Shown piece after piece: positions 50,694 through 60,067 of a DNA stretch of 64,000 nt; position 1 is the first letter of the stretch; each line of letters begins with the position of its first letter. Origin of the DNA: an uncultured Rubrivivax sp. (GTDB taxonomy: Bacteria; Pseudomonadota; Gammaproteobacteria; Burkholderiales; Burkholderiaceae_C); the NCBI GenBank assembly GCA_964637205.1, contig CAZWUR010000006.1, positions 5,780 through 69,779 on the forward strand, given 5' to 3'. The notes below the pieces were generated by a model. That model ran no database searches and had not been told where the DNA came from. It saw nothing but the letters and a program-made list of their open reading frames with translations. The translations under genes and the position numbers were made by a program.

Positions 50694-52582
50694 GCGCGAC
50701 GCCGTCGGTCTGGCACCGGCTCGACGCCGGGATGGCGCGCCTGCGTCCGCACCGCCGCGGGCTGTCCCTGCTGATCGACGCGGGCACCGTGTTCACCTGC
50801 TGGAACGCGACCTATCTCTTCCGCCTGGGTTTCGAGCGCTGGTTCAGCGTGCGGCCCGACTACGACCTGGCGGTGATCGCCGGCATCGTGCTGGCCTATG
50901 TGGCCGCGTTCGCCATCCTGCGCGTGCCGCGCGGCCTGTGGCGCTTCTCCGGCTTCGGCGAGGTCAAGCGTCTGGCGGCCGCCTGCGCGCTGGCCGGTGC
51001 CGTCTCGGCGGCGCTGGTCATCGGCCTGGGCCTGGCGAAGGTGCCGCGCGCCGTGCTGGCCCTGCACCCGGTGGTCACGCTGATGGGCGTGGTCCTGGTG
51101 CGCATGGCCTACCGCATGCTCTATGAACATGCGCGCAGCCGCATCACCGGCAGCGAGCGCGAGATCCGGCGTGCCCTGGTGCTCGGCGCCGGCGGCGCCG
51201 CGCAGCGCCTGCTGGCCGGCATCCACCGCCATGGCTGGGTCGTGCTCGGCCTGCTCGACGACGACCCGGCCAAGCAGGACTCGCGGGTGGCTGGCGTGCC
51301 GGTGCTCGGCACCCTGGAAGCGGTGCGCGACGCGGCCGTGCGCGGCGCGGCCACGCATGTCATCGTCGCCATCCCCACCGCCACGCCGGCGCAGCGGCGC
51401 CGCGCGCTGGCCCTGGCCGCCGACAGCGGGCTGCCGGTGGTCACGGTGCCCGGCGAGGACGAACTGCGCACCGGCCGCAGCCGGCTCGAGCGCCTGCGCG
51501 AGATCGAGCCCGACGACCTGCTCGGGCGCGCGCCGGTGGACTTGGACGAAGCCGGCGTCGGTGCGCTGCTCGGCGGCGCCACGGTGCTGATCACCGGCGC
51601 CGGCGGCAGCATCGGCAGCGAACTCTGCCGCCAGGTGGCGGCGCTGGCGCCGGCGCGCCTGCTGCTGCTGGAGCTGTCGGAGTTCAATCTGTATGCGATC
51701 GACCAGGAACTCGCGCGCGGCTTTCCGGCGCTGACCCGCGTGCCGCTGGTCGGCGACGTCAAGGACGCGGCGCAGATGCAAGCACTGATGCAGCGCTGGC
51801 GGCCGGCGGTGGTCTTTCACGCCGCGGCCTACAAACATGTGCCGCTGATGGAAGAGCACAACGCCCTGGCGGCGCTGCGCAACAACACCCTGGGCACGCA
51901 GCAGGTGGCGCAGGCCGCGGCCGAGGCCGGGGTCGGCTGCTTCGTGCTCATCAGCACCGACAAGGCGGTGAACCCGACGAATGTGATGGGGGCGAGCAAA
52001 CGCGCCGCCGAGATGGTGCTCAGCACGCTGGCCGCGCGCCACCCGGGCACGCGCTTCGTCGCCGTGCGCTTCGGCAATGTGCTCGGCAGCAGCGGCAGCG
52101 TGATCCCGAAGTTCAAGGAGCAGATCGCCGCCGGCGGCCCGCTGACGGTGACGCACCCGGACATCATCCGCTACTTCATGACCATCCCCGAAGCGGCGCG
52201 CCTGGTGCTGCAGGCGGCGGCCATCGGCGAGACGGGCCAGGTGCTGGTGCTCGACATGGGCGAGCCGGTGAAGATCGCCGACCTGGCCCGCCAGCTGATC
52301 CGCCTGGCCGGGCACACGCCCGAAGAGATCCGCATCGAGTACACCGGCCTGCGCCCGGGAGAAAAACTCTACGAGGAACTGTTGGCCGACACCGACGACA
52401 CCCTGCCGACCGCGGTGCCGCGGCTGCGCGTGGCCAGGCTGGCGCAGCGCCCGGCGAGCGACGATGCGCTGGCGGCGCTGCTGGATTTCGCGGCCGCCGA
52501 CGCCGCCGGCGACGATGCGGTGCGTGGCAGGCTGCACGCGCTGGTGCCCGAGTACCGGCCTTCCGGCGAGGCCCTGCGCTAG
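50690..52582 (+). CDS. Membrane-bound UDP-GlcNAc 4,6-dehydratase (PglF/CapD/WlbL family)
   Basis: Four N-terminal TMs, TGAGGSIGSE, HAAAYKHVP, STDKAV, MGASK, RFGNVLGS. Confidence 0.94.
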   Translation: MSATPSVWHRLDAGMARLRPHRRGLSLLIDAGTVFTCWNATYLFRLGFERWFSVRPDYDLAVIAGIVLAYVAAFAILRVPRGLWRFSGFGEVKRLAAACALAGAVSAALVIGLGLAKVPRAVLALHPVVTLMGVVLVRMAYRMLYEHARSRITGSEREIRRALVLGAGGAAQRLLAGIHRHGWVVLGLLDDDPAKQDSRVAGVPVLGTLEAVRDAAVRGAATHVIVAIPTATPAQRRRALALAADSGLPVVTVPGEDELRTGRSRLERLREIEPDDLLGRAPVDLDEAGVGALLGGATVLITGAGGSIGSELCRQVAALAPARLLLLELSEFNLYAIDQELARGFPALTRVPLVGDVKDAAQMQALMQRWRPAVVFHAAAYKHVPLMEEHNALAALRNNTLGTQQVAQAAAEAGVGCFVLISTDKAVNPTNVMGASKRAAEMVLSTLAARHPGTRFVAVRFGNVLGSSGSVIPKFKEQIAAGGPLTVTHPDIIRYFMTIPEAARLVLQAAAIGETGQVLVLDMGEPVKIADLARQLIRLAGHTPEEIRIEYTGLRPGEKLYEELLADTDDTLPTAVPRLRVARLAQRPASDDALAALLDFAAADAAGDDAVRGRLHALVPEYRPSGEALR

Positions 52583-52610
52583 CATCGGCCGCGCCAGAAT
52601 GAGGAAACCG

Positions 52611-53738
52611 ATGACCGCGCCCTGCCTGCACCTGATTGCCGGTGCCCGCCCCAATTTCATGAAGATCGCGCCGATCGTGCGTGCATTGCGCGCCGACGGG
52701 CGGCTGCGCTGGAAACTGGTGCACACCGGCCAGCATTACGACCGCAACATGAGCGACGTGTTCTTCGAGGAACTGGGCATCCCGGCGCCGGACGTGCACT
52801 TCAACTGCGGCGGCGGTAGCCATGCCGTGCAGACGGCGCGCATCATGGAGGCCTTCGAGCAGCACATCGCCGCCGACCGGCCGGACGCGGTGGTCGTCGT
52901 CGGCGACGTCAACTCGACGCTCGCCTGCGCCATCGTGGCCAAGAAGGCCGGCATCCCGGTGGCGCATGTCGAGGCCGGACTGCGCAGCGGCGACATGGCG
53001 ATGCCCGAAGAGATCAACCGCATCGTCACCGACAGCATCAGCGACTGGTATTTCGTCACCGAGCCCAGCGGTGTCGAGAACCTGCGGCGCGAGGGCCAGC
53101 CCGAAGCGCGCATCCACCACGTCGGGCATGTGATGGTCGACAACGTGATGTACCAGGCGCAACTGCTTGCCGCGGCCGACACCGCAGGCTTCGCCACCGA
53201 CCAAATCAAGCGCGAGTTGCAGGCGGACCGGGCGACGGGTGGGCGTTACGGGGTGGTGACCCTGCACCGGCCGTCCAACGTCGACGACCCGGCCAACCTG
53301 GCGGCGATTGCCGGCGCGCTGAAAACCATCGCCGAGGAGCTTCCGCTGGTCTTCCCGGTGCATCCGCGCACGCGCGGCACGCTGCAGAAAGCAGGTCTGG
53401 ACCTGGGCCCGCGCATCCGGCTGATGGACCCGCAGCCCTACATGAGCTTCCTGCACCTGTGGAAGGACGCGGCGCTGATGTTCACCGACAGCGGCGGCCT
53501 GCAGGAGGAAACCACCGCGCTGGGCGTGCCCTGCCTGACGCTGCGCGAAAACACCGAGCGGCCGATCACGATCGACGAGGGCACGAACCATCTCGTCGGC
53601 ACCGATCCGGCGAAGATCGTCGCTGCCGCGCGCGCGGCGCTCGCGGCCGGCGCGGCACCGGGGCGCCGGCCGGCGCTGTGGGATGGGCGGGCGGCGGGAC
53701 GGATCGTGGATGTGCTGGCGCACGGGCTGGGGGCCTGA
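52611..53738 (+). CDS. wecB: UDP-N-acetylglucosamine 2-epimerase (non-hydrolysing)
   Basis: GARPNFMK, HTGQHYD, HVEAGLRS, PEEINR, TDSGGLQEE; GAGGA RBS. Confidence 0.94.
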   Translation: MTAPCLHLIAGARPNFMKIAPIVRALRADGRLRWKLVHTGQHYDRNMSDVFFEELGIPAPDVHFNCGGGSHAVQTARIMEAFEQHIAADRPDAVVVVGDVNSTLACAIVAKKAGIPVAHVEAGLRSGDMAMPEEINRIVTDSISDWYFVTEPSGVENLRREGQPEARIHHVGHVMVDNVMYQAQLLAAADTAGFATDQIKRELQADRATGGRYGVVTLHRPSNVDDPANLAAIAGALKTIAEELPLVFPVHPRTRGTLQKAGLDLGPRIRLMDPQPYMSFLHLWKDAALMFTDSGGLQEETTALGVPCLTLRENTERPITIDEGTNHLVGTDPAKIVAAARAALAAGAAPGRRPALWDGRAAGRIVDVLAHGLGA

Positions 53739-53762
53739 GCTCGGACTTGGCCGGGAGCGCGA

Positions 53763-54839
53763 TTGATCCTGCCGGTCTACGTCAACGGAAAGTTTGCGGC
53801 CCAGCGCACGACGGGCGTGCAAAGGGTCGCTCGCGAAATTCTGTGTGCGCTCGATGATCAGGTGGCGGCGGTCGGATGGACGCTGCTGTGCCCTCCGTCC
53901 GCTGACCCACCGCCGTTGCGGCGGATCGCCGTGCGCCGCCTGGGACCACCGTCGTGGCCGCTGCATGCCTGGGAGCAACTGGTGCTGCCTTGGGCGGCGC
54001 GCGATGGTGTGCTGATCAATCTTGCCGGCGCCGTGCCTGCCGCGGCCAGGCGGCAACTCGCGCTGCTGCACGACGCCGCGGTGTTCGATCACCCCGAAGC
54101 GTACTCGCCGGCGTTCCGCGTCTGGTACCGGTGCTTGTTCCGGCATCTGGCGCGTCGCGGTGACACGCTGATGACGGTCTCCGAGTTTTCGCGGCTCCGT
54201 CTGGCCGAAGCGCTGGCCGTACCCGCCTCTCGCCTGGGGCGCCTGCGTCCGGGGAGTGAACACCTGCAGCATGTCGTGGCCGACGAACGGGTGCTCGACA
54301 TCCACGGGCTACGTGACTCGACGTTCGTGCTCGCGGTGGGCAGTGCAAATCCGACAAAGAATCTGGACGCGCTGGTCGAGGCCTGGCGCCTGCCGGGCTT
54401 TGCCGCGCAACGCCTGGTGATTGCCGGCGGCGCCCAGGCCCGGGTGTTCGCGGCGTCGGAGAGAAACGACGTTCCCGGGCTGTTGCGCCTCGGTCCGGTG
54501 GACGATGCCGCGCTGGTGGCCTTGTACCGGCATGCCAGGGTGCTCGTCTTCCCTTCGGTCTACGAAGGCTTCGGCCTGCCGCCGCTAGAGGCCATGGGCC
54601 AGGGCTGCCCGGTCCTCGCGGCGCGCGCCGGCGCCATCCCCGAGGTCTGCGGCGACGCCGTTCTGTACCTTGACGATGTCAGCCCGGCCTCAATCCGTGA
54701 AGGGCTGCAGCGCATCCTGGCCGATGCCACGCTGCGCGCCCACCTGCGTGAGGCCGGCCGCACGCAGGCCGGCCACTATCGGTGGGAACTGGCGGCCGCC
54801 GATCTGCTTCGGGCGCTGCAGCAGAGCCTCGGGCACTGA
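53763..54839 (+). CDS. Glycosyltransferase GT4 (mannosyltransferase-like)
   Basis: TTG start; NGKF..QRTTGVQR, FPSVYEGFGLPPLEAM. Confidence 0.9.
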   Translation: MILPVYVNGKFAAQRTTGVQRVAREILCALDDQVAAVGWTLLCPPSADPPPLRRIAVRRLGPPSWPLHAWEQLVLPWAARDGVLINLAGAVPAAARRQLALLHDAAVFDHPEAYSPAFRVWYRCLFRHLARRGDTLMTVSEFSRLRLAEALAVPASRLGRLRPGSEHLQHVVADERVLDIHGLRDSTFVLAVGSANPTKNLDALVEAWRLPGFAAQRLVIAGGAQARVFAASERNDVPGLLRLGPVDDAALVALYRHARVLVFPSVYEGFGLPPLEAMGQGCPVLAARAGAIPEVCGDAVLYLDDVSPASIREGLQRILADATLRAHLREAGRTQAGHYRWELAAADLLRALQQSLGH

Positions 54840-54895
54840 CCAGACCTCGCCACCAGCATACGGCACAATGCCGGGTTTTTCGCGCATCGAGGGGC

Positions 54896-56317
54896 ATGCC
54901 CTTGCATATCCAACCCGTCATCATGGCTGGCGGCTCGGGCACGCGGCTGTGGCCGTTGTCTCGGGCCGGTTTTCCCAAGCAGTTCCTGGTGTTGTCCGGA
55001 AATTGCAGCCTGCTGCAACAGGCCGCCTCGCGGCTGCTGGACCTGGCCGCCGACGATATCGGGGTCCAGGCACCGCTGATCGTCGGCAACGAAGAGCATC
55101 GCTTCCTGGTGCTGGACCAGCTTCGCGAGGTCGGCGTCGAACCGGCGGCCGTGCTACTGGAGCCGGTGGGGCGCAATACGGCCCCGGCCATCACGCTGGC
55201 CGCGCTTCTTGCGGTCGAGAGTGGCACCGATCCGGTGCTGGTGGTCACGCCCTCGGACACCACCATCGGCGACGAGGCTGCCTACCGCACGGCGCTGCAG
55301 ACAGCGGCCCGACGAGCCGCCGGCGGCGAAATCGTGATCCTCGGCATCCACCCCGACCGACCCGAAACCGGCTACGGTTATCTGCGTGCCGAGGGCGCCG
55401 CGGTGGCCCAGTTCGTCGAGAAACCCGACGCCGCCACCGCGGAGCGCTACCTGGCGGCGGGTGGGTATTTCTGGAACGCAGGCATCTTCGTGTTGCGGGC
55501 GTCGGTTTGGCTGGCCGCACTGGAGCGCTTTCGACCCGACATCGCCGCGGGCTGTCGTGCGGCCTGGGCCGCGCGTCAGGCCGACGCGCGATTCGTGCGC
55601 CCTGACCGGGAGTTGTTCACTGCAGTGCCTTCGGAGTCGGTGGACTACGCGGTGCTGGAGCACTGCCCTGGGGAACTGCCGATCGGCGTGGAAATGCTCG
55701 ACGCAGGCTGGAACGATCTTGGCGCCTGGGACGCGGCGTGGCAGGCGGCGGCCAAGGACAGCGAGGGCAACGTCACGGTCGGCGACGTCCTGGTGGAAGA
55801 CAGCACGAACAGCTTCGTGCATGCCAGCAGCCGACTCGTGGCGGCAGTGGGCCTGTGCGACGTGGTCATCGTCGAAACCGCGGATGCCGTACTCGTCGCT
55901 GACCGGGCGCGTAGCCAGGACGTCAAGAAGATCGTGGCGCGACTCGGACGCGATCGGCGCGGCGAGCAGGTGCTGCACCGCAAGGTGCACAGGCCCTGGG
56001 GCTGGTACGACAGCATCGACATGGGCAAGCGATTCCAGGTCAAGCGCATCATGGTCAAGCCTGGGGCATCGCTGAGTCTGCAAAAGCATCACCACCGAGC
56101 CGAACACTGGATCGTGGTCAGTGGTACGGCCGAGGTCACGAACGGTGAACGGGTGATCCTGCTGGGCGAAAACCAGAGCACCTACATCCCGCTGGGGACG
56201 ATTCACCGTCTGGCCAACCCCGGGAAGATGCCGTTGGAACTCATCGAAATCCAGTCCGGCAGCTACCTCGGCGAGGACGACATCGTGCGCTCCGAAGATA
56301 CGTACGGCCGCATCTGA
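54896..56317 (+). CDS. manC: Mannose-1-phosphate guanylyltransferase / mannose-6-phosphate isomerase
   Basis: AGGSGTRLWPLSR..PKQF, EPVGRNTAPA, FVEKP, RPWG cupin, SLQKHHHRAEHW. Confidence 0.96.
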   Translation: MPLHIQPVIMAGGSGTRLWPLSRAGFPKQFLVLSGNCSLLQQAASRLLDLAADDIGVQAPLIVGNEEHRFLVLDQLREVGVEPAAVLLEPVGRNTAPAITLAALLAVESGTDPVLVVTPSDTTIGDEAAYRTALQTAARRAAGGEIVILGIHPDRPETGYGYLRAEGAAVAQFVEKPDAATAERYLAAGGYFWNAGIFVLRASVWLAALERFRPDIAAGCRAAWAARQADARFVRPDRELFTAVPSESVDYAVLEHCPGELPIGVEMLDAGWNDLGAWDAAWQAAAKDSEGNVTVGDVLVEDSTNSFVHASSRLVAAVGLCDVVIVETADAVLVADRARSQDVKKIVARLGRDRRGEQVLHRKVHRPWGWYDSIDMGKRFQVKRIMVKPGASLSLQKHHHRAEHWIVVSGTAEVTNGERVILLGENQSTYIPLGTIHRLANPGKMPLELIEIQSGSYLGEDDIVRSEDTYGRI

Positions 56318-56335
56318 GGCACGCGCCATTCTCAG

Positions 56336-57469
56336 ATGCGCGTGCTCCAGGTCAGCAAGTTCTACCCCCCGGTGCTGGGCGGCATCGAGTCGGTGGCATG
56401 GGAACTGACGGAAGGGCTCAATCGCGCAGGCGTGCACACCGATGTACTGTGCTCCCATCAACGCCGGGCCAGCGTGAGCGAAACTGCCGCATCCGGTTAT
56501 ACGATCCAGCGCAGTGGTGCCTGGGGCCAGTGGCTGTCGACGTCGTTCGCGCCGGCCATGCCCCGGCATCTGGCACGAATGGCCCGCGGCGCGGACATCG
56601 TGCACCTGCACATGCCCGACCCGATGGCCGCCGGCGCCTTCTTCGTCGCGCGCCCGGATGCCCGCCTGGTGCTGCACTGGCACAGCGATGTGATCCGTCA
56701 ACGTCGGGCATTGAAGGTGTACGAGCCCTTGCAGTCCTGGCTGCTGGCGCGCGCAGACGCCGTGATCGCCACCAGCCCGCCTTATGCCGAGTCGTCGCGC
56801 CCGCTGCAACCCTGGCGACACAAGTTGGCCATGGTGCCCATCGGCATCAGCGACAATCGAGGTCCTGGCTGCAGCAGGAAGGCAGTTGCGCTGCGCCTGC
56901 GCTTCGGCGGGAAACGGCTGATTTTTACGCTTGGCCGCATGACGTACTACAAGGGGTTCGAGGTCCTGATCGAAGCCGCCGCAACACTACCGGGCGACTG
57001 TGCGGTGCTGATCGGTGGCCACGGCGAACTGCTCGAACACTTCAGGATGATGGTGGCCAGGCGCGGTCTGGCCGGCAAGGTGCATTTGCTGGGACATATC
57101 CTCGACGACGACCTCGAGAGCCATTTCGAGGCCTGTGACATCTTCTGCATGTCCTCCACCGTGCGCGCCGAGGCCTATGGCGTGGCCATGCTGGAGGCCA
57201 TGGTCATGGGCAAGCCCATCGTGGCCACGGACATTGCCGGGTCCGGCGTGCCCTGGCTGAACAGACACGGCGAAACCGGGTTGAACGTGCCGGCAGGGGA
57301 TGCCCGGGCGCTGGCCGGGGCGTTGCGCCGGCTGCTCGATGACGCGCCGCTTCGGGCCCGCCTCGGCGCGGCGGCGCGGATTCGCTACGAAAAGGACTTC
57401 GGCGCCGACCGCATGACGCAGCGGACGCTGGACTTGTACCGCCGGGTCGCCCCGGACGCCTGCCCATGA
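56336..57469 (+). CDS. Glycosyltransferase GT4
   Basis: KFYPPVLGGIE, HWHSD, GRMTYYKG, EAYGVAMLEAM. Confidence 0.9.
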   Translation: MRVLQVSKFYPPVLGGIESVAWELTEGLNRAGVHTDVLCSHQRRASVSETAASGYTIQRSGAWGQWLSTSFAPAMPRHLARMARGADIVHLHMPDPMAAGAFFVARPDARLVLHWHSDVIRQRRALKVYEPLQSWLLARADAVIATSPPYAESSRPLQPWRHKLAMVPIGISDNRGPGCSRKAVALRLRFGGKRLIFTLGRMTYYKGFEVLIEAAATLPGDCAVLIGGHGELLEHFRMMVARRGLAGKVHLLGHILDDDLESHFEACDIFCMSSTVRAEAYGVAMLEAMVMGKPIVATDIAGSGVPWLNRHGETGLNVPAGDARALAGALRRLLDDAPLRARLGAAARIRYEKDFGADRMTQRTLDLYRRVAPDACP

Positions 57470-58584
57470 CAACACTCTCCATCGCTCGGCGTCTGCGGCG
57501 CCGCCTCGACCCGCTCTTCCTGCTCACGGTCGCGATACCGACGCTGCTCGCGGCTCTGTATTTCGGGGCCATCGCCTCGGATGTCTATATCTCCGAGTCG
57601 CGCTTCGTGGTTCGCAGTCCGCAACGTCCGGCCCAGAGCGGACTGGGCGCGTTGCTGCAGGGCACCGTGTTCTCCCGCTCGCAGGACGATACCTACTCGG
57701 TGCACGACTTCTTCCGCAGTCGCGACGCGCTGCTTGAGTTGAACGACACGCTGGAACTGAGGAAGGCCTATTCGGACCCGGAAATCGATGCCGTCAGCCG
57801 TTTCCCGTCACTGGAGTGGTGGGACAGCAGCTTCGAGGCGCTGCACCGCCATTACCTGAAGCATGTGTCCATCGAGTACGACTCGGTCTCGTCGATCAGC
57901 GTCCTGAAGGTCAGGGCCTACACCGCCGAGGACGCGCAGCGCATCAACGAACAACTGCTTGAAATGGGCGAGCGTCTGGTGAACACGATGAACAGCCGCA
58001 GCCGGCAGGACCTCATCCAGGTCGCCGAGCAGGAGGTGCTGCAGGCCGAGGAGCGCGCAAAGGCCGCCGCCGCGGCCCTTTCGACGTTTCGCAGCGATCG
58101 TTCCGTCTTCGACCCCGACCGGCAGAGCGCGCTGCAATTGCAGGGTTTGGCCCGACTGCGCGAAGAACTCCTGGCCGCAGAGTCGCAGCTTGAACAGGTG
58201 CGCCGCGTTTCGCCGAAGAACCCGCAGGTACCCGGGCTCGAGGCGCGCGTGGCGGGTCTGCGCAAGGCCATCGCGGAGGAAAACGCCCGCGTGCTCGGGC
58301 GCGACGGCGGGCTCAGCGCCAAGTCGCCGGCCTATGACCGGTTGGTGCTGGAGAAGACATTCGCCGACCGGCAACTGGGCGCGGTGCTCGCGGCGCTGGA
58401 TACCGCGCGCAACGAGGCTGCTCGCAAGCAGTTGTACCTTGAACGCCTGGTGCAGCCGAACAGGCCGGACCAGGCGTCGGAGCCACGGCGCCTGCGCGGC
58501 ATCTTCACGGTGCTGGTGGTCGGCATTGTCCTGTGGGCGGTCTTCAGCCTGATCATTGCCAGCATCCGCGAGCACCAGGCCTGA
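57466..58584 (+). CDS. kpsE: Capsule export inner-membrane adaptor (KpsE/BexC/WcbD)
   Basis: Two terminal TMs, ASDVYISESRFVVR, coiled coil, KQLYL, SIREH. Confidence 0.88.
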   Translation: MTTLSIARRLRRRLDPLFLLTVAIPTLLAALYFGAIASDVYISESRFVVRSPQRPAQSGLGALLQGTVFSRSQDDTYSVHDFFRSRDALLELNDTLELRKAYSDPEIDAVSRFPSLEWWDSSFEALHRHYLKHVSIEYDSVSSISVLKVRAYTAEDAQRINEQLLEMGERLVNTMNSRSRQDLIQVAEQEVLQAEERAKAAAAALSTFRSDRSVFDPDRQSALQLQGLARLREELLAAESQLEQVRRVSPKNPQVPGLEARVAGLRKAIAEENARVLGRDGGLSAKSPAYDRLVLEKTFADRQLGAVLAALDTARNEAARKQLYLERLVQPNRPDQASEPRRLRGIFTVLVVGIVLWAVFSLIIASIREHQA

Positions 58585-58588
58585 CCCG

Positions 58589-59386
58589 ATGACGAGTGGC
58601 GGCGACACACCGTTCCTGCAGTCGCTGGCGATCCAGCGGCGCGTGATCTGGGCGCTGATGATGCGCGAGGTGATCACGCGCTTCGGGCGCGAAAACCTCG
58701 GCGTGCTCTGGTTAGTCCTCGAGCCGATGATGTTCACGCTCGGCGTCACCGCGCTGTGGTCGGCCGTGAAACTCAACCACGGTTCGTCGCTGCCGATCGT
58801 CGCGTTCGCGATCACGGGCTACTCGTCGGTGCTGATGTGGCGCAACACCGTATCGCGTTCGACCAGTGGCATCCAACAGAACGTCAACCTGCTCTATCAC
58901 CGCAATGTGCGCGTGCTCGACGTCTTCATCACGCGCATCCTGCTTGAGGCGGCGGGCGCGACCGCCTCCTTCCTGACCCTGTTGACGATCTTCACCTATG
59001 CCGAGTGGATCGACTTGCCGGACGATGCGCTGAAGGTGGTCGCAGGCTGGATGATGCTGGCCTGGTTCGGTGGTGCGCTGGCCATCCTGATCGGCTCGGC
59101 GACGGTCTTCACCGAAATCGTCGATCGCTTGTGGCACCCGGTTTCGTACCTGCTGTTCCCCTTGTCCGGGGCGGCCTTCATGGTCGAGTGGCTGCCTCCG
59201 GCGATGCAGAAGCTCGTGCTGCTGCTGCCGATGGTGCATGGGGTGGAGATGCTGCGCGAAGGTTACTTCGGCAGCGTCGTGCACACCCACCATGACATGG
59301 CCTACATGGCGGCCTGCAACCTCGGGCTGACCTTGTGTGGCCTGTACCTGGCGCGTGAAGCCGCGAAGCAGGCGGGCCGCAAGTGA
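58589..59386 (+). CDS. kpsM: Capsule ABC transporter permease (KpsM/BexB)
   Basis: ALMMREVITRFGR..LG.LW..LEP, PMVHGVEMLR. Confidence 0.9.
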   Translation: MTSGGDTPFLQSLAIQRRVIWALMMREVITRFGRENLGVLWLVLEPMMFTLGVTALWSAVKLNHGSSLPIVAFAITGYSSVLMWRNTVSRSTSGIQQNVNLLYHRNVRVLDVFITRILLEAAGATASFLTLLTIFTYAEWIDLPDDALKVVAGWMMLAWFGGALAILIGSATVFTEIVDRLWHPVSYLLFPLSGAAFMVEWLPPAMQKLVLLLPMVHGVEMLREGYFGSVVHTHHDMAYMAACNLGLTLCGLYLAREAAKQAGRK

Positions 59387-60060
59387 TCCGACTGGAAAAC
59401 ATCTGCAAGTCCTATGGCACCCGCGGCGGGCCGCGGCGGGTCCTCGACAACATCAACCTCGAGTTGGAGCGCGGCCGCCACATCGGCATCCTGGGCCGCA
59501 ATGGGGCCGGCAAGAGCACGCTCATCCGGATGCTCAGCGGGGCCGAGCTGCCGAGCTCGGGTCGAATCCACCGCGGCATGAGCGTCAGCTGGCCGCTGGC
59601 ATTCACCGGGGCGTTTCAGACACATCTCACCGGCCTCGACAACCTGAAGTTCGTTTGCCGTGTGTACGGCGTCGACTGGCAGCCCTTGGTGCCCTTCGTC
59701 GAGGAGTTCACCGAACTCGGGATCTATCTGAACGAGCCGGTGATGCACTACTCCAACGGCATGTCGATGCGGCTGGCGTTTGCACTGTCGATGGCCATCG
59801 AGTTCGATTGTTTCCTGATCGACGAAGGCATGTCGGTGGGGGACTCGCGCTTTGGCGACCGCTGCCATGTGGAGCTGTTTCAGAAGCGCAAGGACAGGGC
59901 ATTCATCCTCGTCTCGCACGACCCCGGCATCATCCGCAGCTATTGCGAGCGTGCTGCGGTGCTGCATCTGGGTCGGCTCTACGAGTTCGATCACGTGGAC
60001 CAGGCTTACGAGTTCTACGAAAACCAGCACGTCCCGCCCCCGGGGCCGCAGTTCGACTGA
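59383..60060 (+). CDS. kpsT: Capsule ABC transporter ATP-binding protein (KpsT/BexA)
   Basis: GRNGAGKST, YSNGM, FLIDE, VSH; no C-terminal carbohydrate-binding extension. Confidence 0.92.
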   Translation: MIRLENICKSYGTRGGPRRVLDNINLELERGRHIGILGRNGAGKSTLIRMLSGAELPSSGRIHRGMSVSWPLAFTGAFQTHLTGLDNLKFVCRVYGVDWQPLVPFVEEFTELGIYLNEPVMHYSNGMSMRLAFALSMAIEFDCFLIDEGMSVGDSRFGDRCHVELFQKRKDRAFILVSHDPGIIRSYCERAAVLHLGRLYEFDHVDQAYEFYENQHVPPPGPQFD

Positions 60061-60067
60061 GGACAGC

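Noticed and set aside
52812..52819. GGCGGTAG ops-like element
   Set aside because: Inside wecB where it encodes GGS, lacks the following nnTG, and is not in a leader
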